Shown in pieces: positions 1 through 10,455 of a stretch of 36,702 nucleotides of DNA. Both the position numbers and the translations under genes were made by a program. Position 1 is the stretch's first letter, and each line of letters starts with the position of its first letter. The notes under the pieces were generated by a model. It was not told the origin of the DNA and did not search any database. It worked only from the letters and a program-made list of their open reading frames with translations. Origin of the DNA: Octopus bimaculoides (taxonomy: Eukaryota). The stretch is taken from assembly GCF_001194135.2 (NCBI RefSeq), contig NC_068983.1, positions 106,142,223 to 106,178,924 of the forward strand, in the 5' to 3' direction.

Positions 1-13
1 ATATATATGTATG

Positions 14-60
<47 letters not shown>

Positions 61-105
61 GTATATATATATGTATGTATATATATATGTATGTATATAT
101 ATATG

Positions 106-137
<32 letters not shown>

Positions 138-146
138 TACATACAC
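1..146. repeat. (AT)n/(ATGT) compound microsatellite
   Basis: Directly visible; explains the spurious YIYI-type ORFs. Confidence 0.95.
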
Positions 147-196
147 GACGGGCTTTTTTCAGTTTCCATCTACCAAATCCACTCACAAGGCTTTGG
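147..196 (-). mobile_element. Fragment of tRNA-derived SINE family A
   Basis: gacgggcttttttcagtttccatctaccaaatccactcacaaggctttgg is the reverse complement of the body of the fuller copy at 17611-18000. Confidence 0.8.
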
Positions 197-686
197 TATG
201 TGTGTAACATGATGATAGTTTTTTAAATTGTTAACAATCTAAAATTTATAACTATGCACTATGAGTTTCTGTAAGGGCAAAATTACAGACTATATCCCAA
301 AGATAATTTAAGGTTATTCTACCTACAGGCACTCACGCATTTACACACACGTGCACTCAAGCACACACACACACACATGGTGTCTCTGTCTTGAACCTAT
401 AATTGCTCTTTCCATCGCATTTTTTCTTTCTGCACTTCTGTATTCTTCTGAAACTTGAACACTATACATGCGTCATGTAAAAATGTTGGAGAGATTTTGC
501 CAGAAATGTCTCTGCTACAAACTCAGACTAAGCTGGTACTCACTCATTCCTGACACTGAGGTTTTTGCTGAACCTAGGATTACATCAATCCAGGCTATGC
601 TTATTAGGAATCAACTATGATGGACAGGCTTTCTCATCCCTGCGGATGATGAGCACGCACACACACACACACACACATACATATGT

Positions 687-920
687 AAGGCGGCGAGCTG
701 GCAGAAACATTAGCACGCCGGGCGAAATGCTTAGCGGTATTTCATCTGCCGCTACGTTCTGAGTTCAAATTCTGCCGAGGTCGACTTTGCCTTTCATCCT
801 TTCAGGGTCGATAAAATAAGTATCAGTTACGCACTGGGGTCGATATAATCGACTTAATCTGTTTGTCTGTCCTTGTTTGTCCCCTCTGTGTGTAGCCCCT
901 TGTGGGTAGTAAAGAAATAA
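687..920 (+). mobile_element. tRNA-derived SINE family C, near full length
   Basis: Head ggcggcgagctggcagaa with B-box-like gagttcaaat at 761-770. Body gtcgactttgcctttcatcc...aaataagta recurs many times in the window. CpGs are retained, suggesting a young copy. Confidence 0.8.
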
Positions 921-1214
921 CATATGTATGTTTGCGCAAAGAAAAACATATGTTTATGCAAAGAAAAATGGGGGTTTTTTTCACATGTGTAGAAGTACAT
1001 ATAAAGAAATGAAGTTGATGTAAAAGCCATAATTATTAGATAAAGAACAAAATAGGGCATTCATTAATCTTCCAATACTTGCTTATACCATTTATGCAGC
1101 TGATATTGAGTGGTAAAGCTATTAAATTCATGTCATGTTTAAACACTGGAACAAATCACTTAGAAAAAAAGAGCAAATAAATACTACTAGTAAGAAATAT
1201 ATTCAGTAAATATG

Positions 1215-1445
1215 TTAACCCTTTAGCTTTCAGATTATTCTGTCAAGTATATTGCTTCACATTTCTTCACATTGTTTTGAATTAATCATGCATTATCTCA
1301 TAACTTTGAGATTTCAATGATGAGATTGACTATGCTTTGAATGACATTGATAAGTAGGTGTGAGAGATTGGATTTTGCCAGTTTGAACATAAAACAGGAA
1401 GAAAGTTTTGGCCAGATATGGCTGGTTTAAATGCCAAAAGGTTAA
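1215..1445. mobile_element. TTAA-flanked MITE with piggyBac-type ends
   Basis: TTAA (1215-1218)+CCCTTTAGC at the left end and GCCAAAAGG+TTAA (1442-1445) at the right form imperfect TIRs. A homologous copy lies at about 35881-36106. Confidence 0.7.
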
Positions 1446-1607
1446 ATATATTACTAAGTATATATATTGAATATATTATTAAGTTATTGAAATAACTTTA
1501 CAGTTTTGGGGCAGGAACATAAAGTATTGAGACACTCTAATCACTTAGAATTACACTACACACTGAATTGCGACATTTTATCATATTATTTACCTGGCAA
1601 CATTATA

Positions 1608-1977
1608 CTACTCTATGGCACCTGTGCCCAGCATCGCCTTTCTGGCACTTGTGCCCGTGGCATGTGTAAGGACTTTCGAGCGAGATCGTTGCCAGTGCCC
1701 CTGGACTGGCTCTTGTGCGGGTGGCACATAAAATACACCATTTTGAGCGTGGCCGTTGCCAGTACCGCCTGACTGGCCTTCGTGCTGGTGGCACATAAAA
1801 GCACCCACTACACTCTCGGAGTGGTTGGTGTTAGGAAGGGCATCCAGCTGTAGAAACTCTGCCAAATCAGATTGGAGCCTGGTGTAGCCATCTGGTTTCA
1901 CCAGTCCTCAGTCAAATTGTCCAACCCATGCTAGCATGGAAAGCGGACGTTAAACAATGATGATGATGTTGATGATG
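1608..1977 (+). mobile_element. Retroposon family B with (GAT)n tail and internal sub-repeats
   Basis: Ends ggaaagcggacgttaaac+(gat)n; very similar to 20520-20862 and antiparallel to 7368-7826. Confidence 0.8.
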
Positions 1978-2124
1978 TTTTAAGGCTATTATCTTTCTTT
2001 AATACTTAAAACTGTTTGTAATATATTTTATTCTAAAACAAAATATTAATCTCCTACTGAACATTTCTCTTCTCTTTCTCCTTTTCTCCAACTAAATGTG
2101 AGTGGCCATGCAGATCCTCTATAA

Positions 2125-2475
2125 CAGGGATTCTCTGCCATTTTCCATCTATGGACCCCCTCTGATTGTTATTTTATTCTGGTGGACCCCTGTAGCCATT
2201 CGATGGTTTAAAAACTAGTTTTATAGATACTTCTTTCAAAATTCCTATTTTGCTTTTCACACATTCACTTTTGTAGGTTGAACTATGTAAAATGTTAGAG
2301 AAAGAAACTTAGCTGTTTATTGCAATACATACCAATACATAGATCTAAAGCAAAATTCTTTCAGAGCACTTAAAATACTATTGTGGATCCCCAATTTACT
2401 ATTTGGTTGCATGGACCCCCAAAAACCTTATATGGTCCCTCAGGGGCCATACGGACCCCTGATTGAGAACCACTA
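2125..2475. mobile_element. hAT-like MITE, degenerate
   Basis: Ends cagggattctc and gattgagaaccacta resemble CAGTGGTTCTCAA-type hAT TIRs, with repeated ggacccc subterminal motifs. The putative TSD matches only partly (ctctataa vs ctctgatc). Confidence 0.5.
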
Positions 2476-2559
2476 CTCTGATCGCCATCATCTCCGCCTT
2501 TCACCCTTAGTATGAAGCTGACCCCCTCCCACCTCCCGCAAAGTTTTTGCTCCTGCAAG

Positions 2560-2785
2560 CCTGCCTGACAACCTTAATGGTACAGGTAGCCTGAAAAAAA
2601 GGACCCAGTACATGCTGTAAAGTGATAGGTATTAGGAAGGGTATCCAGCCACAGAAACCAAGCCTAAGTAGGCACTGGAACACAATGCAGTCTTTAGACT
2701 CATTGGATTCTGTCATACTGTTCAACCCATTCCAGCATGGAACATAGGCATTAACTGATGATAATGATGATGATGATGATGATTG
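2560..2785 (+). mobile_element. Degenerate family B copy (3' part)
   Basis: aggaagggtatccagc...aacccattccagcatgga...(gat)n tail. Confidence 0.65.
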
Positions 2786-3779
2786 AATATATGCAATCAT
2801 AATTTTTACATTTCATTGTGAAAAATGATTTAATAGTTTGCTTGAATGCGTATGTAAAAGATCAATACTAATAACACTGATTTCAGCATGCTGGTTGATA
2901 ACATTACTGTAGGAGCTATTGATAAATAATTCATATTAACAATTATCAACTTCCATTTTATCTTCAAAACTACAAGCTGAATACTCTAGTACAAAAGCTA
3001 TTGTTAATGGTCATTCATTCACATTCTAAATGTTTTGGATAACAATCTATTTTGACAATATGCTTAAATAAGTTATGAGGTAAGTATTGCTGTATACACA
3101 GCAGGTTAACTATCAACTATCAAGCAATCTCTTTTCTCTTACCTTCATAAATCTGAATTTGTATGTCTATGCAAGATAGCACTCATGAATTTATTTACAT
3201 ATATATAGAATTTTTTAGTAAAGATATGATCTACCATTTTTATTGAATCCAGTAATCTCGTTTATTTCTTTATTATTAGAATTCTTCTAAAATATATGTA
3301 TATATATATCCTTCAATTCTGAATAACATTAAGCCCTATCTCCTCTCCTTTGCAACAGAAATGAAATACCTTGTGGTGTTTTGTTGATTCACTTTACATT
3401 CTGGTTTCAAATCTCATTGGGTTCTACTTTGCCTTTCATCTTTCTGAGGTCATCAATACTAGTCAAATACTCGGATCTTTTGTAATCAACTATAACCCTT
3501 ACATAAAATTTGTGGTCTTGTGTTAAATTTTTTACATCCATTTTTCCATGCTCACATGGGTTAGACAGATATATATTTATTTTTATTTTTTAATATTTGA
3601 AAATAATTGGTTTGATTTTGGGGTAGTTACTCTCCACTTCAATTATGAAGAAAAGAGAGGATGAAACCGATAAACTGTCCACAGTCTATCTACCCTATGT
3701 GAAAGGCCTCTCTGAAAAGATACAAAAGATATGCGGCCCATATGACATCAGGACAGTATTCAAAGGTAATACAACACTT

Positions 3780-3789
3780 NNNNNNNNNN
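3780..3789. other. 10-N scaffold gap with about 40 nt duplicated on both sides
   Basis: catatgacatcaggacagtattcaaaggtaatacaacactt is present immediately before and after the Ns. Confidence 0.9.
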
Positions 3790-4363
3790 CATATGACATC
3801 AGGACAGTATTCAAAGGTAATACAACACTTCGCAAATATCTCCTTTGAGTAAAACCACCAATAGAAGAGAATATGACCAAGAACTGCGTGTACTCCATCC
3901 TATGCAGCTGTGGTAGGTTATATAAAGGTGAAACATGCCGCCCCTCAAATTAGGGTAGAGGAACATCGCAAAGCTGTGACACGGGGAGATATTGATAAAT
4001 TGGGTATAGCTGATCATGTATGGAAAAATGGAGACCACCTCCCCCTGTGGGATGAAGTTAAAATAATAAACAGAGAACACCACTGGAAGATATGAAAACT
4101 AAAAGAAGCAGCACATATGCTAGGACATGACAACCTCCTAAGCAGACCGAGTGCAGATATGAACAGCATATGGGAACCGGTATTAAGGAAGAATAAGAGA
4201 ATATTAGATTTATAAGCCCTAAAATTCACTCCATAATTGCCCATGGGCATATGGCATAGTGGTTAAAAGCTACTAACCCCAAGATTCCGAGTTCAACCTG
4301 AATAATAATAATAACATTGAAAAATACCTTAGGAATGAGAATCCAGGTTTGAAATTTCCCCAA

Positions 4364-4409
4364 GACACTTGATGAAGGCTGGAGGGTATATCAGCTGAAA
4401 CGTTGTGTT
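4364..4409 (+). ncRNA. Minimal type-I hammerhead ribozyme motif, PLE type, core-mutated
   Basis: gacac (stem I) - tTGATGA (C3 to U) - a - ggctg/cagct (stem II) - GAAA - CGT (palindromic ACGT stem III) - T - gtgtt (stem I). Confidence 0.65.
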
Positions 4410-4743
4410 AACAACAAACAAGATGAGGACAAATATCCATCAAATGTAAATAATGTACATAATTCCTCATCTCTTAAATATAGAACTGTATTAGCTAAAC
4501 TGTTCTGATGTTTCAGGATCGACCCACATCTGAAAGACTGAAATTCACTTTCAGATAATGGGACAGTACTGAAGTATCAGATCCTGCTATGTGTCTCTCA
4601 GCAAACCAGCTTGTCCAAATTCATGACCTTCACTATATAATTTCTTCTAATCCAGGCCACTGCCAGTTAGAATGGTCTGCTTTTAGAATGACTATTTTTC
4701 CTTTCTTTGTTTTTACTTGTTTAAACTTCAGCAATCTAACGTT

Positions 4744-4897
4744 GGATTCAGCTTGCAAAAGAATGTGGCCATGTAAGTATGAAGCTGTCTACAAATTTTA
4801 TTGTAAAATTGATATCAGTGATAATTGTAGTGATAAAAAAAGCAGACCATAGCTATCACTTTCAAGCATGTGATGGCTATGGTAGCATGTAACATAT
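4744..4897 (+). repeat. 154-bp local duplicate of 6650-6803 (end of IMPA coding exon 1, donor and intron start)
   Basis: By-eye alignment shows 2 substitutions (ggacat/ggccat; tcagtaata/tcagtgata). The GTAAGT donor is intact at 4773. Confidence 0.9.
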
Positions 4898-5238
4898 CAG
4901 TTAAATTAAATACTAAGTGATTTAGCATGATTAAAGTGTGGCTTTTATTTAGTGTTAAGTGAGTGAACATAATTAATGCTAAAGTTTTTATTTGTACTGT
5001 TTTCAGTAATGAAACAAAGGTGCAGGAACTTGATATTGTGCTGATAGTGACTGCAAGCATTAGATGTACAATTGGAATCTCAAACAAGACATTTCCTCTG
5101 AAGTGGTAGTTTATAGGATATACATTTTCCTTCTTTTTTTTTGGGGGGGGGGGTATGAATAACATAATCAGACCATGAGAAACTGAGTTGGAAATAGGCA
5201 GAAAGTTTAAAAAACTGACATTATTATTATCATTCATA

Positions 5239-5438
5239 AGCTAAGGTGGTGAGTTGGCAGAGTTGTTAGCACAGTGGACAAAATGTTTGGTATGTTCTGT
5301 GTTCAAATTCCACTGACATTGACCTTGTTTTTTATCCTTTGAGGGTTGATGAAATAAGTATCAGTTGAGCACTAGGGTTGATGTGATTGACTTGTCCCCT
5401 CCCCCAAAATTTCAGTCCTTGTGCCTATAATAGAAAGG
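5239..5438 (+). mobile_element. SINE family C copy with 16-bp target-site duplication
   Basis: attattatcattcata occurs at 5223-5238 and 5439-5454, flanking aaggtggtgagttggcag...gttcaaattcc. Confidence 0.8.
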
Positions 5439-6597
5439 ATTATTATCATTCATAGGAATTTTTTTAACATATAAATGGTAAATGTTAAAAGTTATGATAG
5501 TTTATAATAATGAAATATAGTTTGTAAAGTAGCATGTTTTGTAATAAGGTGGATGACTTGTGTTGTGTGCAGTATTGATCCACATCAAGAGTGACAACTT
5601 CTCAAGTTGTTAGATTGCGGTCTTATATCAGTTCTCTGAAGCCTAATATCTTGTCTCTATTGTCAGTATATTGTTACAGCTTCTTGCGTTACTAATGAAG
5701 ATATTGAATCAAAATGATACCATTTCTTTTTCCCTTGTAAGCACAAATGGATGGTTTTGCGTTGGAGTAGTTATTTTTATAGCTGGATGCTCATTCTGCT
5801 GCTAACCATTCAACTGTAAAGTAGGTGAAGAACCTTTTCTTTTTAAGTGTCGTGCTCTTATGTAGGCTTAGCAAAGCTGATCCCTCATCAGGATATAACC
5901 ACTGAAGTTGAACTCTACAATACATGCTAATGAAACCCATTGATTTTATAGCGAAACTGTTGTTTACAGTAGTGAGTCGGTGCTTCTTCATGGTACCTAT
6001 TACAGCTATGTTCACTGAGTCAGTTTGAGAATTAAGTCACTTAAGCATAAACTTGGTTCAATGCCAGTGATAGTTTATACTTTTGGTTGATAAGCTAACA
6101 CACTCTTAATGTGATCATCTGCAACTCTCTAGTGGTTGATAAATATCTGGCTAATTTGAAAAGTCTGTTATAAACTTGCAATCTGTCTTAGGAGAAAAAT
6201 ATTTCTCAAATGTCACGAAAGCTGGAATAAGCTCCTGGGTGTGTAGGTCAGGCATGGCTGTAACTAAATGGTTCAGCAAAAAGAGACCAACAAAATTAGT
6301 ACTGGAGCCGATTTGTTTGACTACACCCTCCAAGGTGGTGCTCCAGCATGGCTGTAATCCAACAACTAAACCAAGTAAATAATAAAAAGATATATGATGG
6401 CAAGATATTTTGCATCTTGAAAGTTAGGTATATTTGTGCTTTCAAAGTTTAACAATAAACTTGTTTTGTTTTTTGTTTTTTTTTAACAAAGAAACTATAT
6501 CATTCCTAATTTTGTGTTTCATATTTTTTAATTTGAAGGTTTATAATTTATCATTTTGTTGATTATTTCCAGGTTGATTTGTCTTCTACTTTAAACT

Positions 6598-6678
6598 ATG
6601 GCAAATATTACTTTGAGCGAAGAAGAACTGTGTGAAATTTATGAAACAGGGATTCAGCTTGCAAAAGAATGTGGACAT
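6598..6678 (+). CDS. IMPA1: IMPA coding exon 1 ([27 protein letters not shown])
   Basis: Acceptor tttccAG at 6571-6572 precedes a short UTR, implying an upstream noncoding exon. ATG at 6598; donor GTAAGT at 6679; phase 0. Confidence 0.85.
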
Positions 6679-9600
6679 GTAAGTATGAAGCTGTCTACAA
6701 ATTTTATTGTAAAATTGATATCAGTAATAATTGTAGTGATAAAAAAAGCAGACCATAGCTATCACTTTCAAGCATGTGATGGCTATGGTAGCATGTAACA
6801 TATTTTTGCTAATTGCTTTTTAGGTGCCTATGTAGTTAGTGAGCAAAGACACTCTATTGACCCTCCCACTCCTTGACTCAGCAAAACATTGAGGATGTGA
6901 TAGCTGGATGGAAAAAAGGGTTGCACCGGCACTTGGCTGGTACCCAATTTTATTGAAGTTAGATTGATGCAATGTGAAATGAAATACTTCACTCAAGGAC
7001 AAACTGCACCACTTAGGCCTGGAATTGAACCCTTGACCACACAGCTTCATAATTGTAGTGATACTAACAGCATATTAACTACAATCACAGGCAGTATCTT
7101 TGTTTACAAGAAGATGCTTTACTTCTTAGATAACTTTGCCATTATTAGTTTATTAAAACCTGAAGCTTAAAATATAGCTTATAAAAGCAACATGATTTCA
7201 TGTTATTTAATTCTAGGCTTTGTTTAACCCTTTTCTTACCTGCCCACCTAAGACTGCCCCTAGTTCAATGATTCAAACTCATTGTTTTACAGAAATCTAA
7301 TTTAAAACCTGCCATCAAAAGTTTGTGTTGATTTAAATCTGAAACACCTACTTAATGACGTCAAATAGCATCATCATCATCATCATCATCATTTAACGTC
7401 CATTTTCCATGCTGGCATGGGTTGGACGTTTCGACTGGGGTCTGGGAAGTCAGGAGACTGCACCAGGCTCCAGTCTGATCTGGCAGTGTTTCTACAGCTG
7501 GATGGCCTTCCTAATGCCAACCACTCTGAGAGTGTAGTGGGTGCTTTTTTATGTGCTTCCGGCACAGGGGCCAGAAAAGGTTGGCATTGACCACGGTCGG
7601 ATGGTGCTTTTTACATGCCACCGGCATGGAAGCCAGTCAAGGCAGCGCTGGCATTGGCCACGCTCGGGTGATGTTTTTTATGTGCTACTGGCATGGAGAT
7701 CACAACTACAATTTCCATTTGAATGTGATTTGATTTGATTTTGATGTACTTGACTCAAAAGGTCTTCTCAAGCACGACATGTCACCCTACGATCCAAGGT
7801 ACTCTTGAGTGGGCTGGTTATGCAATGTCAAATATATTTTAGCAAATACCTCATTATTTTCAAAATTAATTGGAACAAAAGCAAGGAATTTCAACAGAAA
7901 TATGGTAACAAAAAGGTTAATGGATAAAACCAAATTTTCTCTAATTGATTTTCTCTTCCAAAGAATTATTGTCTGTCAGTTTACAATTTTTATTTTCTGC
8001 TGATACTAACAAAAGAAAAGAGAGAAAAAAAAGATTGAAAATTTAATCTCATTTTTAGCACTTGAAATGGGACAGTTAAACAGACTATGGATTCAAAATA
8101 CATGAATTTAAATAAAACCTGTCACCAGTATTGCTTGCAATTTACCATTAAAAATGTATGTTATTTGTGAAAACTAACTAAAATTTGTGATTATTCTCAC
8201 TATTAACTGGTCAATGTAAGGAAAGTTATTCAACTGCTTGAACAACTTCAGAAAAATTTACAGATATATTGAAACATTCATGTAAATATACAAATATGTT
8301 AAACAATAAATTCTTGGAACCTTGATAAAAATAAATGTAGAACCCCTTGCTCAGTTTCTGATTCACTGGAATTAAATTTAACAGGTGCTGTCCTGCTGAC
8401 CAAAACATGCTCTCTCTTGTAAAATACTGACAACTGACATATTTTCTATTTCAGATGATTAAAGAATGTTTTTACCGAGACAAAAAAGTGACAACAAAAG
8501 CCTCTTATGCTGATCTTGTTACTGAAACAGACCAAAATGTGGAGAAATTTTTTACTAAAGAGATAAAAAAACATTATCCAGGACATAGGTAAGATACTGT
8601 GGTAAAATAATTATCTCCCTGAAATGTCACTGTTATATCTTAATCATATGACGAAGTGAAAAAACCTGAAAGGAGCATTTTGCATCCTAAATAGTGGTGT
8701 AGTCCTGTAGGAACGTGTGAGAATGGTGTTCCCTTACTTTTTTGGAGAGTGGGAATGGTGTTGCTTCACTATTTCAAATAAATTCAATTTTAAATTGTCT
8801 AATGCTTTGGGTGAATTACTGAATTACTGAGGTAATGCTTGCTCATAAACTGAAAACATAGCCCTCCAAAATTGGAGACTTGGGTCCATCATTATGAGGC
8901 AGAATCCAAAAGACAAAGTATGGAGTGAAAACATCCTGGCTTGCTAGGGACGAAGAAATTCAAGAATCAGTCTTTCACAGGAAAGTTGATGCTTACCCTT
9001 TTTTGGGACTCAAAAGGGCCTATACTGGAAGACTACCTGGAAAAGGGGTATATGATCAACAGTGTAAGATACAGTGTTTTGCTGGCCAACAAACTGAAGC
9101 CAGCAATTAGCACCGAATGCTGAAGCCTATTGTCGACGAAAGTTTTGTTGTTGTATGACAATGCACACCCACACATGGCTGCCCAGACCGTTGAAACCAT
9201 TAACCAATTGGGTTTTGAGTTGCTGGAATACTCTGCCTACAGCCCAGGTCTTGCCCCTTCTAACTATCATATCTTTGGATCACTCAAAAATGGCTTACGA
9301 GGTTGTCAATTTCCTACGGATGAAGATGTGAAGGAACCAGTACATAAATGGTTGCATGACTAACTGAAAACTTTCTTCTTGGAGGGAATATGTAAGTTTG
9401 TGGACCGCTGGACCAAGTGCATCGAAAAGGAAAGAGACTATATAGAAAAATGATGTAATTGTTTATCCCTTTCTTTTGTGTATATATTGAAAAAACAAAA
9501 GTGTGTATCATTTTTAACTCTCCCTCATATATTAATGTTTGTTTTTACGTTCAGTTGTATATATGTACACACATACACACACATGCAACAGGCTTCATTC

Positions 9601-10408
9601 TGTTTTCATCTACCACATCCACTTATGAGGCTTTGATCAGCTGAACCTGTATTCACTATTGTACTGGATTGCAATACATGCTACATATTTTATTATCATC
9701 GTCATCATTATTTTCACATTCACTTTTCTATGCTTGCATGTGTTGGACAGAGTTTATTGAAACAAATTTTCTCTAGTCAGATGCCATTTCTGTCAGCAAA
9801 ACTCATGGCTAGACATATTTTCTCAGACCATTGGAAATGAATGACACTACTTGTAAGACGGTAACACTCATTTACAACTAAATCTTCTAGTCATTTGCAA
9901 TCCATTTACAACTATCACATGATGTCTCTTGAGTGCTACTGGTAACATGTAACCCAGTAATAACCTGTCACATGGTCAGGTCATTGGCAACTAAACTAGT
10001 AACCTCACCAAGTGAAGAGGGTGATTTATTGGACATCCTGCAAGCCAAAATACGAAACCTGTCAAAGGGCAGTGGAACTCAAGAGAGTCAATGGCTTCCC
10101 ATTTAATGTTTGAAGCCATGTGGCCTAGTGGTCAGTGTGTTGCACTCATGATTGCAAGATCATGTGTTTGATTCCCAGACAAGCTGTGCATTGTTTTCTT
10201 GAGCAAATCACTTCATTTCATGTTGCTTTGGTCCACTCAGCTGTAAATGAGCAACCTTGTGATGGATTGGTGTATAAGGGTAAGATGGTGACTCAGGAAA
10301 ATCACCCAAATGGCAGTTTCGTAGAGCACATTTTGTATTCAGCAGCCAAAAAGTTGAAGGGTGATGATAATGATGATAATAATGAAATAAGGAGATACTG
10401 GCACTCAC

Positions 10409-10455
<47 letters not shown>

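Larger units (their letters stand above)
3650..4490 (+). mobile_element. Penelope-like element 3' fragment: decayed GIY-YIG endonuclease plus terminal region
   Basis: Conceptual translation LPYVKGLSEKIQKIC...CVYSI(L/P)CSCGRLYKGETC...RVEEHRKAV...IADHVW...WDEVKII is the typical PLE linker + GIY-YIG C-terminus, with stops and frameshifts. It is followed by a tRNA-like segment and a hammerhead motif. Confidence 0.8.

Noticed and set aside
7-226. YIYI/MYIC ORFs (also 12527-13014 and 36457-36702)
   Set aside because: Translations of microsatellites or N gaps.
1506-1901. Several overlapping 60-97 aa ORFs, repeated at 7541-7738 and 20514-20696
   Set aside because: By-products of the GC-richer family B repeat; frames are not conserved between copies.
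3739-3830. Apparent tandem duplication of YDIRTVFKGNTTL
   Set aside because: The two copies flank a 10-N gap; typical unmerged contig overlap.
4252-4297. tRNA gene call (also for the SINE heads at 687, 10112 and 17611)
   Set aside because: Only A/B boxes and a partial arm are present, with no full cloverleaf; treated as tRNA-derived repeat parts.
4589-5237. ORFs of 87 aa (+) and 140 aa (-)
   Set aside because: They run through the duplicated intron segment and low-complexity AT-rich DNA, with no recognisable domain.
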